Below are positions 17,607-27,168 of a stretch of DNA of 40,140 bases, in pieces. Both the position numbers and the translations under genes were made by a program. Within the stretch, counting starts at the first letter, position 1. Each line of letters starts with the position of its first letter. Source of the DNA: Acidimicrobiia bacterium. GTDB taxonomy: Bacteria; Actinomycetota; Acidimicrobiia; Spongiisociales; UBA4744. Under the pieces are notes generated by a model. It did not search any database. It had not been told where the DNA came from and saw only the letters and a list, made by a program, of their open reading frames with translations. The DNA is taken from positions 1-40,140 of the forward strand of contig DATEVB010000238.1 in the NCBI GenBank assembly GCA_035282865.1, given 5' to 3'.

Positions 17607-18863
17607 CTACAACAGGCTTCGCCGGCGCCTACCTCGTGCCGCGCGCACCGTAGTGCGTTTGACTTCGGGTCGCACCAGGTCGGCCGGCGATTCCCAGGCA
17701 CCCAGATCGTCGAGGCGGTCGTCGTTGGAGAACATCTTGACGATGGGTTCGCTGAGCCCGGCTTCGATCTGCACCTTGTGGACCATCTCGATCTGGTCCC
17801 ACTCGACAAAGGTGACGACCAAGCCTTCTTCGCCGGCGCGGGCCGTCCGGCCGGACCGGTGAACGTAGGTCTTGGAGTCTTCCGGCGGATCGAAGTGGAT
17901 CACGATGTCGACGCCTTCAATGTCGAGCCCGCGGGCGGCCACATTGGTGGCAACCAGCACCTTGCTGTGCCCGTCGGCAAAAGCGGCCAGCATGCGTTCT
18001 CGTTTTCCCTGAGGAAGATTGCCGTGAATGGGGCGTGCCGCCACCCCAAGATCAGCCAGGTCTTTGGCTACTTGATCACAACCTCGCTTGGTTCGGACGA
18101 ACACCAAGGTGCGCTCCGCCGAAGCGGCGATCCGTGCCGTCATCTTCGCCTTGTCCATACGATGCACCTGAATGAAGCGATGTTCCGAGGTCTCCACAGT
18201 CACTGAATCAGACGCGACTTCATGAAAGACTGGATCATGCATGTAGCTGTCGATCAACGCACCGACACTCCCGCCCAGGGTGGCGGAGAACAGCATCGTC
18301 TGGTGGTGGCCCTCCACAGCCCGCATGATCCAGCGGACCTGAGGAAGGAAGCCCAGGTCGGACATCTCGTCCGCTTCGTCGATCACCGCTACCCCTACCC
18401 CGTTGAGAGCCAAGGCCTTGCGCTCAAACAGATCGATGAGCCGTCCCGGTGTCGCAATCACCACCTCAGCGCCGCGGGCCAGGGCATCGATCTGCTGCTG
18501 CATAGGCACGCCGCCGTAGATGGCAACGACCTCGTGGCCTCGGGCCTGGGCGAGCGGCCGGAGCGCCTCTGTCACCTGGGAGCACAGCTCGCGTGTGGGT
18601 ACCAGCACCAGGACGGCGGGTCGTTTCGCCTCAGCGTCTCGCAGGTTCTCGATGATCGGCAGACCGAAAGCGAGTGTCTTGCCCGACCCCGTCTTGGCCT
18701 TCCCGCATACATCAAGACCGGCGAGCGCATCCGGAATAATGAGCGCCTGGATCGGGAACGGGGACACAATCCCCCTCGACCCGAGAACGTCGACCAGGTC
18801 GGCTGAGAGGCCCAATTCGGCGAATGAGGTTGAAGTGGTGAGATGTTCGGCGGCGATGGCCAC
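17607..18863 (-). CDS. DEAD-box ATP-dependent RNA helicase
   Basis: Q-motif FPIQ, AKTGSGKT, DEAD (VIDEADEM), SAT and HRSGRTARAG are present, with an Arg-rich C-terminal tail. The start was set at GTG 18863, 5 nt after AGGAG. Confidence 0.9.
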   Translation of the reverse strand: MAIAAEHLTTSTSFAELGLSADLVDVLGSRGIVSPFPIQALIIPDALAGLDVCGKAKTGSGKTLAFGLPIIENLRDAEAKRPAVLVLVPTRELCSQVTEALRPLAQARGHEVVAIYGGVPMQQQIDALARGAEVVIATPGRLIDLFERKALALNGVGVAVIDEADEMSDLGFLPQVRWIMRAVEGHHQTMLFSATLGGSVGALIDSYMHDPVFHEVASDSVTVETSEHRFIQVHRMDKAKMTARIAASAERTLVFVRTKRGCDQVAKDLADLGVAARPIHGNLPQGKRERMLAAFADGHSKVLVATNVAARGLDIEGVDIVIHFDPPEDSKTYVHRSGRTARAGEEGLVVTFVEWDQIEMVHKVQIEAGLSEPIVKMFSNDDRLDDLGAWESPADLVRPEVKRTTVRAARGRRRRSLL

Positions 18864-19021
18864 GGTGCTCCTGCGGTGAGTGGACGGCTCGATCCGGGTG
18901 GAGAGCCGCCGGGACAACTTTTCCCCGGCGGCACCACCATACTCGCCCAACGGAGAAACCCATAGCGTTGGATGCAATCTCGGACCGTTCCCGGCCCTCG
19001 GACGGTTACCCTAGCTCGGCC

Positions 19022-20002
19022 ATGACGCCCGTTCGCCTCCACGCTGCTACGCCCGGTGACGCATCCACCATTCACGCGCTCGTCCGCAAGTCGGAGATCC
19101 ACGATCGAGAACCGCTCGTCACACCTTTCGAGGAGATCGTTGAGATGTTCGATGATCCCCACCTCGACAAGATCAACGACGTCCGGTTGGTCTTCATCGA
19201 CGACCGGGCGGTGGCCTGGGGTCGGATCTGGCATCACCCGAGCGGGGAGCGTTTGGAACGAGCGTATCTCGTCGGAACCGTCGATCCCGATTACCGGGGG
19301 CAGGGCATCGGGCGGGTTCTCTTCGCATGGCAATTGGATCGGGCGCGAGCGGTGTTGGAATCGTGCGATCACGACCTGCCGCGGTTCATACGCACCTCGG
19401 CTTGGGACTGGTTGACCGACGCCCAGCACCTCTACGAACACTTCGGCCTCCGGCCCGTACGCTGGTTCGACGAGCTCCTGCGCCCGCTCGAACCTCCCCT
19501 GGAGACCGCCGGGCCGGCCGGTGTGAAGCTCACATCCTGGAGAACGGACCTGATCGAAGAGGTTCGTCTCCTCCACAATCGAGCCTTTGCAGATCATTGG
19601 GGATCGGGGGCCGTCGACCCGGTCTCCTGGGCGAAACGCCTCACCGGCTACGGAACCTGCCTGGACCTCAGCGTGATCGCTTTGGCCGGGGACGAGGTGG
19701 TCGGCTACAGCATCAACGAGGTTCACCCGGAAAACGACGAACTGCTCGGCCGCAGGGATGGGTGGATCGGGACCTTGGGCGTCGACCGGGACTACCGGGG
19801 ACGAGGAATCGCATCAGCCTTGATCGCCGCATCCATGGACCATTTCCGGCGCGCCGGATTGACCCATGCCTCCCTGGGCGTTGACGCGGACAACCCGACC
19901 GGCGCGCATCGTCTCTATTACCACCTGGGTTTCGAGCTGGAGAAGCGCAGCGTCACGCACCAATTGGAATGGTCAGAGACGTCATCCGAAAGGGCTCTGT
20001 AG
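19022..20002 (+). CDS. GNAT family N-acetyltransferase with two tandem GNAT domains (mycothiol synthase MshD-like)
   Basis: There are two R-G-x-G-I-G/A motifs (YRGQGIGRVL; YRGRGIASAL). The overall length and architecture resemble MshD. The start was refined to ATG 19022. Confidence 0.75.
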   Translation: MTPVRLHAATPGDASTIHALVRKSEIHDREPLVTPFEEIVEMFDDPHLDKINDVRLVFIDDRAVAWGRIWHHPSGERLERAYLVGTVDPDYRGQGIGRVLFAWQLDRARAVLESCDHDLPRFIRTSAWDWLTDAQHLYEHFGLRPVRWFDELLRPLEPPLETAGPAGVKLTSWRTDLIEEVRLLHNRAFADHWGSGAVDPVSWAKRLTGYGTCLDLSVIALAGDEVVGYSINEVHPENDELLGRRDGWIGTLGVDRDYRGRGIASALIAASMDHFRRAGLTHASLGVDADNPTGAHRLYYHLGFELEKRSVTHQLEWSETSSERAL

Positions 20003-20066
20003 CCCGGCATGCTGGCAGTATGGTGCAGACTGGTAGCCTCGGGACGATCTAGCGAGGAGGCGGGAG

Positions 20067-20456
20067 ATGGCGGTCCGGTTCGATGCACTCGGGATCATCG
20101 TCGACGATATGCCGGCCTCACTGGCCTTCTACCGGCTCCTGGGCCTCGACATCCCGGCCGAAGCCGACGGCGAGGCACATGTGGAATGCGCCCTCCCCAG
20201 CGGGATCCGCATCATGTGGGACACGGCGGAGGTCGTTCGCAGCTTCAGCAAATGGCAACCACCCACCGGTGGACACCGTGTTGGGTTGGCGTTCCTCTGC
20301 GACCTGGCTGAGGACGTCGATGCAATGCACTCGAAACTCGCTGCGGCCGGCTATCGAAGTCACGTGGCACCGTTCGACGCCGTCTGGGGTCAGCGTTATG
20401 CCACCGTCCTCGATCCGGACGGGAACCCGGCCGATCTATTCGCCCCGCTCGGGTGA
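20067..20456 (+). CDS. VOC (glyoxalase/bleomycin-resistance) family protein
   Basis: 129 aa. The VOC-like beta-alpha-beta pattern is present (LGIIVDDM...FYRLLG...ATVLDPDGN). A GAGGAGG SD lies upstream. Confidence 0.8.
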   Translation: MAVRFDALGIIVDDMPASLAFYRLLGLDIPAEADGEAHVECALPSGIRIMWDTAEVVRSFSKWQPPTGGHRVGLAFLCDLAEDVDAMHSKLAAAGYRSHVAPFDAVWGQRYATVLDPDGNPADLFAPLG

Positions 20457-20930
20457 CCCGGGTGGCCCCCCTGCAGGGCGGATGATGACCAGTGACCGGC
20501 GCGCTGCATACCGCTCGAAATCGGCACGCTCTGGATGCGGCGGCAAGCCTTCCCGCCGCATGATGGCGCCCACCATCCGGGGATGGCGGCTCAGGCGGAG
20601 CTCGAGGAAGTCGGCCACTCGGGAGGGATCGGTGATGGGCTCGGCGATGCCGGCCAATCGGCGCGAGCGGACCCTCACCTCAACTCTCGGGTCGGCAACG
20701 ACGTTGCGGAACCAATCGGCCCGGTCGCCAAGGGCCGACGCAACATAGATGGCACCGTCAATCTCCTCATATTGCAGAGGGGTCACCCTGGGAAGGCCGG
20801 AGATCCGCCCCGTCGTGGTCAGGAGCAACACCAACCGTCCGTAGAGAGGTCCGAGACCGAGCCCGTAGAGGAGCCGGGGCGGCCGCTTGATCAAGTGAAG
20901 GAGCCTTCTCGAGAACGGTTGTCGCGCCAC
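20436..20930 (-). CDS. deazaflavin (F420)-dependent nitroreductase family protein (DUF385-like)
   Basis: LLLTTTGRISGLPRVTPLQY...YVASALGDRADWFRNVVADPRVEV is typical of the family. The start was chosen at GTG 20930, behind GGGGAGA; the ORF track extends to 21026. Confidence 0.7.
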   Translation of the reverse strand: MARQPFSRRLLHLIKRPPRLLYGLGLGPLYGRLVLLLTTTGRISGLPRVTPLQYEEIDGAIYVASALGDRADWFRNVVADPRVEVRVRSRRLAGIAEPITDPSRVADFLELRLSRHPRMVGAIMRREGLPPHPERADFERYAARRSLVIIRPAGGPPGSPERGE

Positions 20931-21010
20931 CTCATCTCCCCGTGACACCCAGGTTACCCCCGACGGCCCCCTCACTCCGGCCGGGCCTCCCGCCTGCGTA
21001 GGCTCAAAGA

Positions 21011-21499
21011 GTGCACCGTGCTCCACCCCGCCCCGGATCCCCTCCGCCTCTCCCGGCCCGGCGCAGTGCGCTCACCACGATGTGGGTGGTGGTCAACCTC
21101 GTGAACCTCCTACAGACGGCCGGCTTCGCGTGGCGCGCCGTCGATCCGCACATCAACCGGATCCTCGGCGCCGCCATCATCGCCCTGGGAGTGCCCGCCG
21201 GCCTGGCGTTAGTGAGCTTCATCCGCTCGGGCAGCGGATGGCGGTTCTATGCGGGACCGGTCTGGTTCTTGACCTTTGTACTGGCTTCATTCGCAGTCGA
21301 CCACCTGTTGGAGTTGGAGTTTCGATCGCCGCGCAGGCCGGAGATCTTGGTCCCCTATCTCGTGTTGTTCTTCGGCAGCATCGCGTTGATGGGCGCCCCG
21401 ATGCTCCGCATCAACCGGCGTCTGTGGGCCGTGACGGCGGTTACCGCCTTGGCTCTGCTGGGTGCCATGGGTTTCGCAATGTCCCGGGGAGTGGCCTGA
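21011..21499 (+). CDS. hypothetical integral membrane protein
   Basis: There are four to five hydrophobic helices. The start is uncertain (GTG 21011 or ATG 21080). Confidence 0.5.
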   Translation: MHRAPPRPGSPPPLPARRSALTTMWVVVNLVNLLQTAGFAWRAVDPHINRILGAAIIALGVPAGLALVSFIRSGSGWRFYAGPVWFLTFVLASFAVDHLLELEFRSPRRPEILVPYLVLFFGSIALMGAPMLRINRRLWAVTAVTALALLGAMGFAMSRGVA

Positions 21500-21575
21500 C
21501 TGAACCGCACAGAGCCGGCGCGCAGCCTCCCGACCCCTCCGCTAGCGTCCGTGCAAAGGCAGGGTGGAGGTAACC

Positions 21576-22337
21576 ATGGATGTGCAAGGGATGGTCGCCA
21601 TCGTTACGGGTGGGGCTTCTGGACTGGGAGCCGCCACCGCTCGTAAGCTGGCCGGTAATGGCGCGCACGTCGTCATCGCCGACCTTCAAGAAGCGGCCGG
21701 CCGGGAGGTTGCCGGCGAGATCGACGGCGTCTACATACAGACCGACGTGACGATCGCCGGGCAAATGGGCGCGGCCATCGACGCGGCAGTGGACCGGGGG
21801 GACCTGAGAGTGCTCGTCAACTGCGCAGGTGTGGGACCACCGTCTCGCACGCTCAACCGGGAAGGCGAACCGATGGACCTGGGGATCTTTTCGAAGATCA
21901 TCGAGATCAACCTGATCGGAACGTTCAATGCCATCCGGCTGGCGGCTTCGGCTATGGCGCGCACGAAGGCGCTCGCCTCCGGACAACGCGGCGTTATCGT
22001 CAACACGGCCTCGGTGGCGGCATTCGACGGCCAGGTCGGTCAGGCGGCCTATTCCGCATCCAAGGGAGGCATCGTGGGAATGACACTGCCGGTGGCCCGC
22101 GATCTGGCCGTGGTAGGTATCCGGGTGAACACCATCGCCCCCGGCATCATCGACACCCCCTTGCTGGCCGGCCTGCCGGAGGCGGCCCGGGAATCGCTGG
22201 CGACCCAGGTCTTGTTTCCGAAGCGCCTCGGACATCCCGACGAGTATGCCGACCTCGCCTATCACATCATTTGCAACGACTACCTCAACGCCGAGACCAT
22301 CCGCATGGACGGCGGCATCCGCATGCAACCGAAATAG
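21576..22337 (+). CDS. SDR family oxidoreductase, 3-hydroxyacyl-CoA dehydrogenase type-2-like
   Basis: TGGASGLG, NCAG and YSASKGG are present. ATG 21576 lies 5 nt after GGAGG. Confidence 0.9.
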   Translation: MDVQGMVAIVTGGASGLGAATARKLAGNGAHVVIADLQEAAGREVAGEIDGVYIQTDVTIAGQMGAAIDAAVDRGDLRVLVNCAGVGPPSRTLNREGEPMDLGIFSKIIEINLIGTFNAIRLAASAMARTKALASGQRGVIVNTASVAAFDGQVGQAAYSASKGGIVGMTLPVARDLAVVGIRVNTIAPGIIDTPLLAGLPEAARESLATQVLFPKRLGHPDEYADLAYHIICNDYLNAETIRMDGGIRMQPK

Positions 22338-22445
22338 CGAGACCAGTCGGCGGGTTCGCTCGTTCACCATCTCAGCGTCAGCCCGCGGGAACGTGCGATA
22401 TGTTTACGGTAAGACAATAGAGTCCCGCAAGGGAAAGGAGGAGGC

Positions 22446-22745
22446 ATGGTGGATTTCACAGGCGTGCTTCGTACCCGGACCGAGCGTGATACCGCAATCC
22501 GGGTTGTGATCGACCTCACGAGTGAACGGCTTCGCCTTCGCTCCGGAGACACCGAGATTGCCGATTGGAGCCTGGGCGACATCCGTGTCAACGCCCAGTC
22601 CGATGGATTTCACATCAAGGCCGAAGGCGAGGAGATCATCCTCGATCTGACCCAGGACGCGGAGTTCGCGGTGGCCCTGGGGCTCAACAGCGCGCCGGTG
22701 GAGTTGGCTCGTCGCATGTCGATGGTGCGCGACCGGGCCGGCTAG
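22446..22745 (+). CDS. hypothetical small protein
   Basis: An AAGGAGGAGG SD lies directly upstream of the ATG. 99 aa, with good codon bias. I recognised no family. Confidence 0.6.
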   Translation: MVDFTGVLRTRTERDTAIRVVIDLTSERLRLRSGDTEIADWSLGDIRVNAQSDGFHIKAEGEEIILDLTQDAEFAVALGLNSAPVELARRMSMVRDRAG

Positions 22746-23302
22746 CCGAAACCCGGGAGAGCCCTGTTTTACGGCCTGTCTTGGACATGGCCGTGTCGGG
22801 ATCGCCGGTTGGGAACAGAGCGTGTCGGGCCGGGTGAAATATGACCCCCTCCCGGTTCGCCGACGTCGGCGACGGGGGGCCGGATGTCTCGTCAAGCGGA
22901 TTCGGAGGCCGACCACGCGAGACTGTCTACCGCAAGGCTGCGCTCCGAAGCCGGTGGCGTCGGTTGCTCACCGAGGTTCACGCTTGCGTCGAACGCAACC
23001 GCGCCACACCCTTGGTACCAGACCGGGTCCGGCCCAAACCGACCCGTAGTCGTGCTCGTGTTCGGTTCGGTGGCGACATCCCAACATGGCGGAGCGCCTA
23101 CGTCCGCGAGGTGTCGTACCTGCTCCCTCTTTGGTTTTCGGACGATCCCCCGTGGAGCATTTTGCAATCGCCGGCATTGACTAGCTACTTGCCCCTGAAA
23201 TGGTCGGTTGTAGGTCGGTGGGGTGGGTCGGGTCGGCGATGAGGCGGCTATTCAGCGTCGACTGACAAGAGCGGGGGCGGGTCCGGGTTCGGTCCCCGAT
23301 GT

Positions 23303-23815
23303 TCAGGTGTAGGTCGCCCACGGGTCCGATCCATCCGAAATGGAGGGCGGCGGGTGGTCGGCCGGATCGTTGCTCCTGGTTCGAGGCTGTTCTTCGGGCG
23401 TGTCGAAGGTCTTCCATCGTTCGCGGGCGGTCTTGATGCCGAAAACCCGGTTGATGGTCCAGATGAATTCGTTTTCGTCCAGATCGCCTTTGCGGAAGAC
23501 GGCGATCACGCCGTCCGTCAGCGCCTTCTTCTCGAGCAACTCACTGTCCGAACCGGTCAGGAAAATGACCGGAATGTCGCTGGTGGCTCGCACCCGGCGA
23601 AGTCGGTCGAGAACCGTCAGTCCATCCGCCCCGGGAAGGTAGTGGTCGAGCAGAATCAGGCCGGGTTGCTCATTGGCCGCGATCCAGGCGGCGTGAAGAC
23701 CGTCTTCGGCGGTGAGCACGGTGAAGTCCCGCTCCTCGAAGAAGCGCCGCAGGATCTTGGCGTAGACCCGGTCGTCATCGACGATCAGGATCTTGTTGGT
23801 GCCTTTGATGGCCAC
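23303..23815 (-). CDS. stand-alone response regulator (receiver domain only, about 50-aa unstructured tail)
   Basis: ILIVDDD, LILLDHYLPGADG and PVIFLTG are present, plus a conserved K in FRKGD. There is no DNA-binding output domain. Confidence 0.85.
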   Translation of the reverse strand: MAIKGTNKILIVDDDRVYAKILRRFFEERDFTVLTAEDGLHAAWIAANEQPGLILLDHYLPGADGLTVLDRLRRVRATSDIPVIFLTGSDSELLEKKALTDGVIAVFRKGDLDENEFIWTINRVFGIKTARERWKTFDTPEEQPRTRSNDPADHPPPSISDGSDPWATYT

Positions 23816-23881
23816 TTACCTCGCTGTTGTATCCCGGACTGTACTTCGTGTTTGAATTCTGCTGATGCCTACGATCGTCCT

Positions 23882-24988
23882 GTGCCGATACGTTCCCGAC
23901 CCGTTGACCTGGACGCGACACGGCGCACGGTCGCTGCCAACGACCTGATCGCCACCGCTTCCGCCTATCTCACGTCCGATATTGCACTCCGTTTGCCGTT
24001 CGAGATTCTCGTGCCCTTCAAGGCGCTCCTGTTGCGGTTCTTCTCGACCGGGCCGTGGACGGACCATGATTCCCAGAACCTGAGCGATCTCGTGACACGG
24101 TACGTCACCCGGGGATGGTGGGAGCACGACCTGGGCGGAGGCTTGACACTGGCCTATGGCACTCGAGACGGGCGATTCGAGTTGTGGGCCGGTGGTGCGG
24201 GAGCCGCAGCTCCCTCGATCTTCGACCGAGTATTCGACGGACCGGTGGTACCCGAGGCAACGCCGCACCCTCGCAAAGTCAAGTTCGCAACCGGCGGCCT
24301 CCCGGCCGCCGGAATCTGGCACCGACGCAGCGATCCGGGCAAGCCGGCCGATACGCGGGTCGAGCGATTGTTCGCCGAACCGGACATCACCGACGTCATG
24401 GTGGCCGGTGACTTCGTCACCATCGGCATCGGAGCCCGGTCGTCATGGGAGAAACGATTGGAGCCATTGCTGGCTCTGGTGACCGAACTCTTTGCTGATC
24501 CCGAAGCCGCTCACCAGCGGCCGGAACGGACTCGCCAGGATCTGATGCAAGAAGCAGGCCGGGCCGTCAACCCTTCCCGACCCGAAGAGCTCCACCTGCT
24601 CGACCCCGACGACGAAGGTGACCGGACACAGCTTCTGGAAGCCATCGACGCCGACGACCCACGAGTCCGGCGGATTGCCGTGGCTGTGCTGCTCGAGTCA
24701 CGTGACGCCGATACCCGTCAACGTGCCGTCACCCGAGGCATGGCCGACCCTTCCCGGCTGGTGCGACGCACGGCGGTCGACGCCGCCGCCGACACGGAGG
24801 ACGAGCGGTTCCGATCCTTGTTCGAGCATCTGCTCGCCGACGACGACGCTTGGATCCGCTGGAAAGCGATTCGCTCGCTCGGGGACCTGGGCCTGGGCAA
24901 CAGCCGTTCCCTGGTCGAACCATTGACCGACGATCCCGATTTCCAGGTTCGGTTCGAGATAGCCAAAGTGCTGCGCGAAGCTGGTTAG
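23882..24988 (+). CDS. Nfu/NifU N-terminal-like domain plus HEAT-repeat protein (CvfC-like architecture)
   Basis: The central segment KVKFATGG...ITDVMVAGDFVTIGI...SWEKRLEPLL resembles the Nfu_N scaffold domain. C-terminal HEAT-like repeats are present (DPRVRRIAVAVL, DPSRLVRRTAV, DAWIRWKAIRSLG, DPDFQVRFEI). The start is uncertain: GTG 23882 is the first in-frame start clear of the RR gene, and it has no obvious SD. Confidence 0.55.
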   Translation: MPIRSRPVDLDATRRTVAANDLIATASAYLTSDIALRLPFEILVPFKALLLRFFSTGPWTDHDSQNLSDLVTRYVTRGWWEHDLGGGLTLAYGTRDGRFELWAGGAGAAAPSIFDRVFDGPVVPEATPHPRKVKFATGGLPAAGIWHRRSDPGKPADTRVERLFAEPDITDVMVAGDFVTIGIGARSSWEKRLEPLLALVTELFADPEAAHQRPERTRQDLMQEAGRAVNPSRPEELHLLDPDDEGDRTQLLEAIDADDPRVRRIAVAVLLESRDADTRQRAVTRGMADPSRLVRRTAVDAAADTEDERFRSLFEHLLADDDAWIRWKAIRSLGDLGLGNSRSLVEPLTDDPDFQVRFEIAKVLREAG

Positions 24989-25051
24989 AGCGCATGCGTT
25001 GCAGAGTCTGAAGCTCCCGGCCCCCTCACCACCTGATTAGCCTCCGGACCC

Positions 25052-27091
25052 ATGGCATTCACATATCCCCGGGCCCGGCGGGCCGAAATCATCGACGATT
25101 ACCATGGGACGCCCGTGGCCGACCCGTACCGGTGGCTCGAAGACCCCGAATCGGATCAAACCAAAGCCTTTATTCGGGCCCAGAACGAGATCAGTCTCCC
25201 CTATCTGACGTCCCTTCCCGAGCGAACGGCATTGAGGGAACGCATGGAGGCGCTGTGGAACGTACCCCGCACCGGAGCACCGACCGTCCGCAACGGGGTT
25301 GCCGTCTGGTCACACAACGACGGGCTGCAGGATCAGCCGGTGTTGTACATTCGCAGGCCCGGGCGCGACGACCGGGTTCTCCTGGATCCCAATATCCTGT
25401 CGGAGGACGGGGCCGTGGCGGTCGTCGTTACCTCACTCTCGGACGACGGTCGTTACCTCGCTCATGCGATCGCCGAATCCGGAAGCGATTGGCAGACCAT
25501 CCGGATCCGCGACACGGAGACCGGAGATGACCTCTCCGATGAGCTCCGCCATGTCAAGTTCACGGAGATCTCCTGGCACGGGGGCGGGTTCTTCTATTCG
25601 AGGTTCCCGGCACAAGATCCGGTCTCCACCGAGCCGTCACGCAATATGGCCGTGTATTTCCACCGGCTCGGGACCCACCAGGATGCGGACGTCCTGGTGT
25701 TTGCCAATCCCGACAACCCGGACCTCGGCTACGGGGCAACCGTCAGCGACGACGGCCGCTTCCTGATCCTGACCGAGTGGGAAGGGACCTCACACAAGAA
25801 CGGGTTGCTCTACAGAACCCTGGACGACCCCGGATCCGATTGGATCCGGCTTGCCTCCCCCGGTCGGGCACTCCACGCGTTCCTCGCTCACCACGAGGGC
25901 GCCTTCCTGCTCCACACGGACCTCGAGGCTCCCAACGGGCGCATCGTGCGCCTTGCGCTCGACAGACCCGAGACCGTCGAACAAGTTGTCGGCGAGCGTC
26001 ACCAGGCGATGGAACTGGCGACCGCCGTAGCAGGTCGGTTGATCACGGTCATCCTCAACGAGGCGTCGCACCGCCTGCACACCTTCCACCTCGACGGTAC
26101 CCCGGCGGGCTCGATCGATCTGCCGGGGGCCGGCACCGTGGCTGAGCTGACCGGCCGGCTCCAGGACGATTCGCTCTATGTCGGTTTCCAGTCCTTCCTT
26201 CACCCGCCAACCGCGCTGCGGTGGAGCGGCACCACGTCCGAGGTGTTCGCCGGGGCCGAGCCACCACTCGATCCTGACCGGGTGATCGTCGAACGACGCA
26301 GGGCTGTTTCGTGCGACGGCGCCGAAGTCGGCATGTTCGTCATCCGGCTGACGACCACGGTCCTCCCCGCCCCCGTCGAGTTGTACGGGTACGGCGGTTT
26401 CAACGTCAGTCTCACCCCTATGTTCCATCCCGCCCGGCTGGCCTTCCTCGAAGCGGGCGGCGTTGTCGCCGTAGCCAACCTGCGAGGTGGTTCCGAACGC
26501 GGGGAGACTTGGCATCAAGAAGGCATGTTGGCGAATAAGCAGCAAGTATTCGACGATCTCCTCGCCTGTGCCGAGACCTTGATGGCAGATGGCGTGGCCG
26601 GACCCGGCCAGGTTGGAATCCGCGGCGGTTCAAACGGAGGGTTGCTGGCGGCGGCGGTCATGATTCAACGCCCCGATCTGTTCGGTGCCGTCGTTGCTCA
26701 AGTGCCGGTGGCCGACATGCTCCGCTATCAACACTTCACCGCCGGTCGCTATTGGACCGTCGAGTACGGAGACGCCGGGAAGGATCCGCAAGCCTTCCAG
26801 TGGTTGATGGCCTACTCTCCCTATCACAACGTCGCCACCGGGGTCACGTACCCCCCGCTGCTGATCACGACGGCCGAATCGGACGACCGGGTCGTGCCGA
26901 TGCACTCCCTCAAGCTGGCGGCCGCGGTCCAGTACGCGGCCGGCGGGAGGTCCGATCAGCCGTTGCTGGTGCGGGTCGAGACCCGGGCGGGACACGGGTT
27001 GGGCAAACCGACCTCCAAGCTGATCGATGAGTCGGCCGACGTGTTTGCCTTTCTCCTCCACCACCTGCCCGATAAACCGACCGAGCTGTGA
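25052..27091 (+). CDS. prolyl oligopeptidase (S9A family serine peptidase)
   Basis: DDYHGTPVADPYRWLED at the N-terminus, catalytic GGSNGGLL, and the D...RAGHG C-terminal triad context are present. Confidence 0.9.
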   Translation: MAFTYPRARRAEIIDDYHGTPVADPYRWLEDPESDQTKAFIRAQNEISLPYLTSLPERTALRERMEALWNVPRTGAPTVRNGVAVWSHNDGLQDQPVLYIRRPGRDDRVLLDPNILSEDGAVAVVVTSLSDDGRYLAHAIAESGSDWQTIRIRDTETGDDLSDELRHVKFTEISWHGGGFFYSRFPAQDPVSTEPSRNMAVYFHRLGTHQDADVLVFANPDNPDLGYGATVSDDGRFLILTEWEGTSHKNGLLYRTLDDPGSDWIRLASPGRALHAFLAHHEGAFLLHTDLEAPNGRIVRLALDRPETVEQVVGERHQAMELATAVAGRLITVILNEASHRLHTFHLDGTPAGSIDLPGAGTVAELTGRLQDDSLYVGFQSFLHPPTALRWSGTTSEVFAGAEPPLDPDRVIVERRRAVSCDGAEVGMFVIRLTTTVLPAPVELYGYGGFNVSLTPMFHPARLAFLEAGGVVAVANLRGGSERGETWHQEGMLANKQQVFDDLLACAETLMADGVAGPGQVGIRGGSNGGLLAAAVMIQRPDLFGAVVAQVPVADMLRYQHFTAGRYWTVEYGDAGKDPQAFQWLMAYSPYHNVATGVTYPPLLITTAESDDRVVPMHSLKLAAAVQYAAGGRSDQPLLVRVETRAGHGLGKPTSKLIDESADVFAFLLHHLPDKPTEL

Positions 27092-27155
27092 GTAAGGGGC
27101 CCGATCCACCCCGGAAGTTAAGTGCTCCTCTTGATAAGAACCTGAGCCGGATAGC

Positions 27156-27168
27156 ATCAGATTCTGAT
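27156..27168. promoter_or_regulatory. 13-bp palindrome ATCAGA-T-TCTGAT in the comparatively A/T-richer lon leader
   Basis: Read directly from the sequence, 69 nt upstream of the lon ATG. This is a candidate operator only. Confidence 0.25.

Noticed and set aside
22880-23310. Possible tmRNA or RNase P RNA in the long convergent gap. The cues were a G-rich 5' end GGGGGGCC, GGATTCGGA, and a T-loop-like GGGTTCGGTCCCC at 23285-23297.
   Set aside because: No 3' sequence pairs with the putative 5' acceptor strand, and there is no CCA context. There is no alanine-resume tag ORF ending in a stop. Neither strand has a GAGGAAAGTCCGG-type RNase P core. The T-arm stem has a mismatch.
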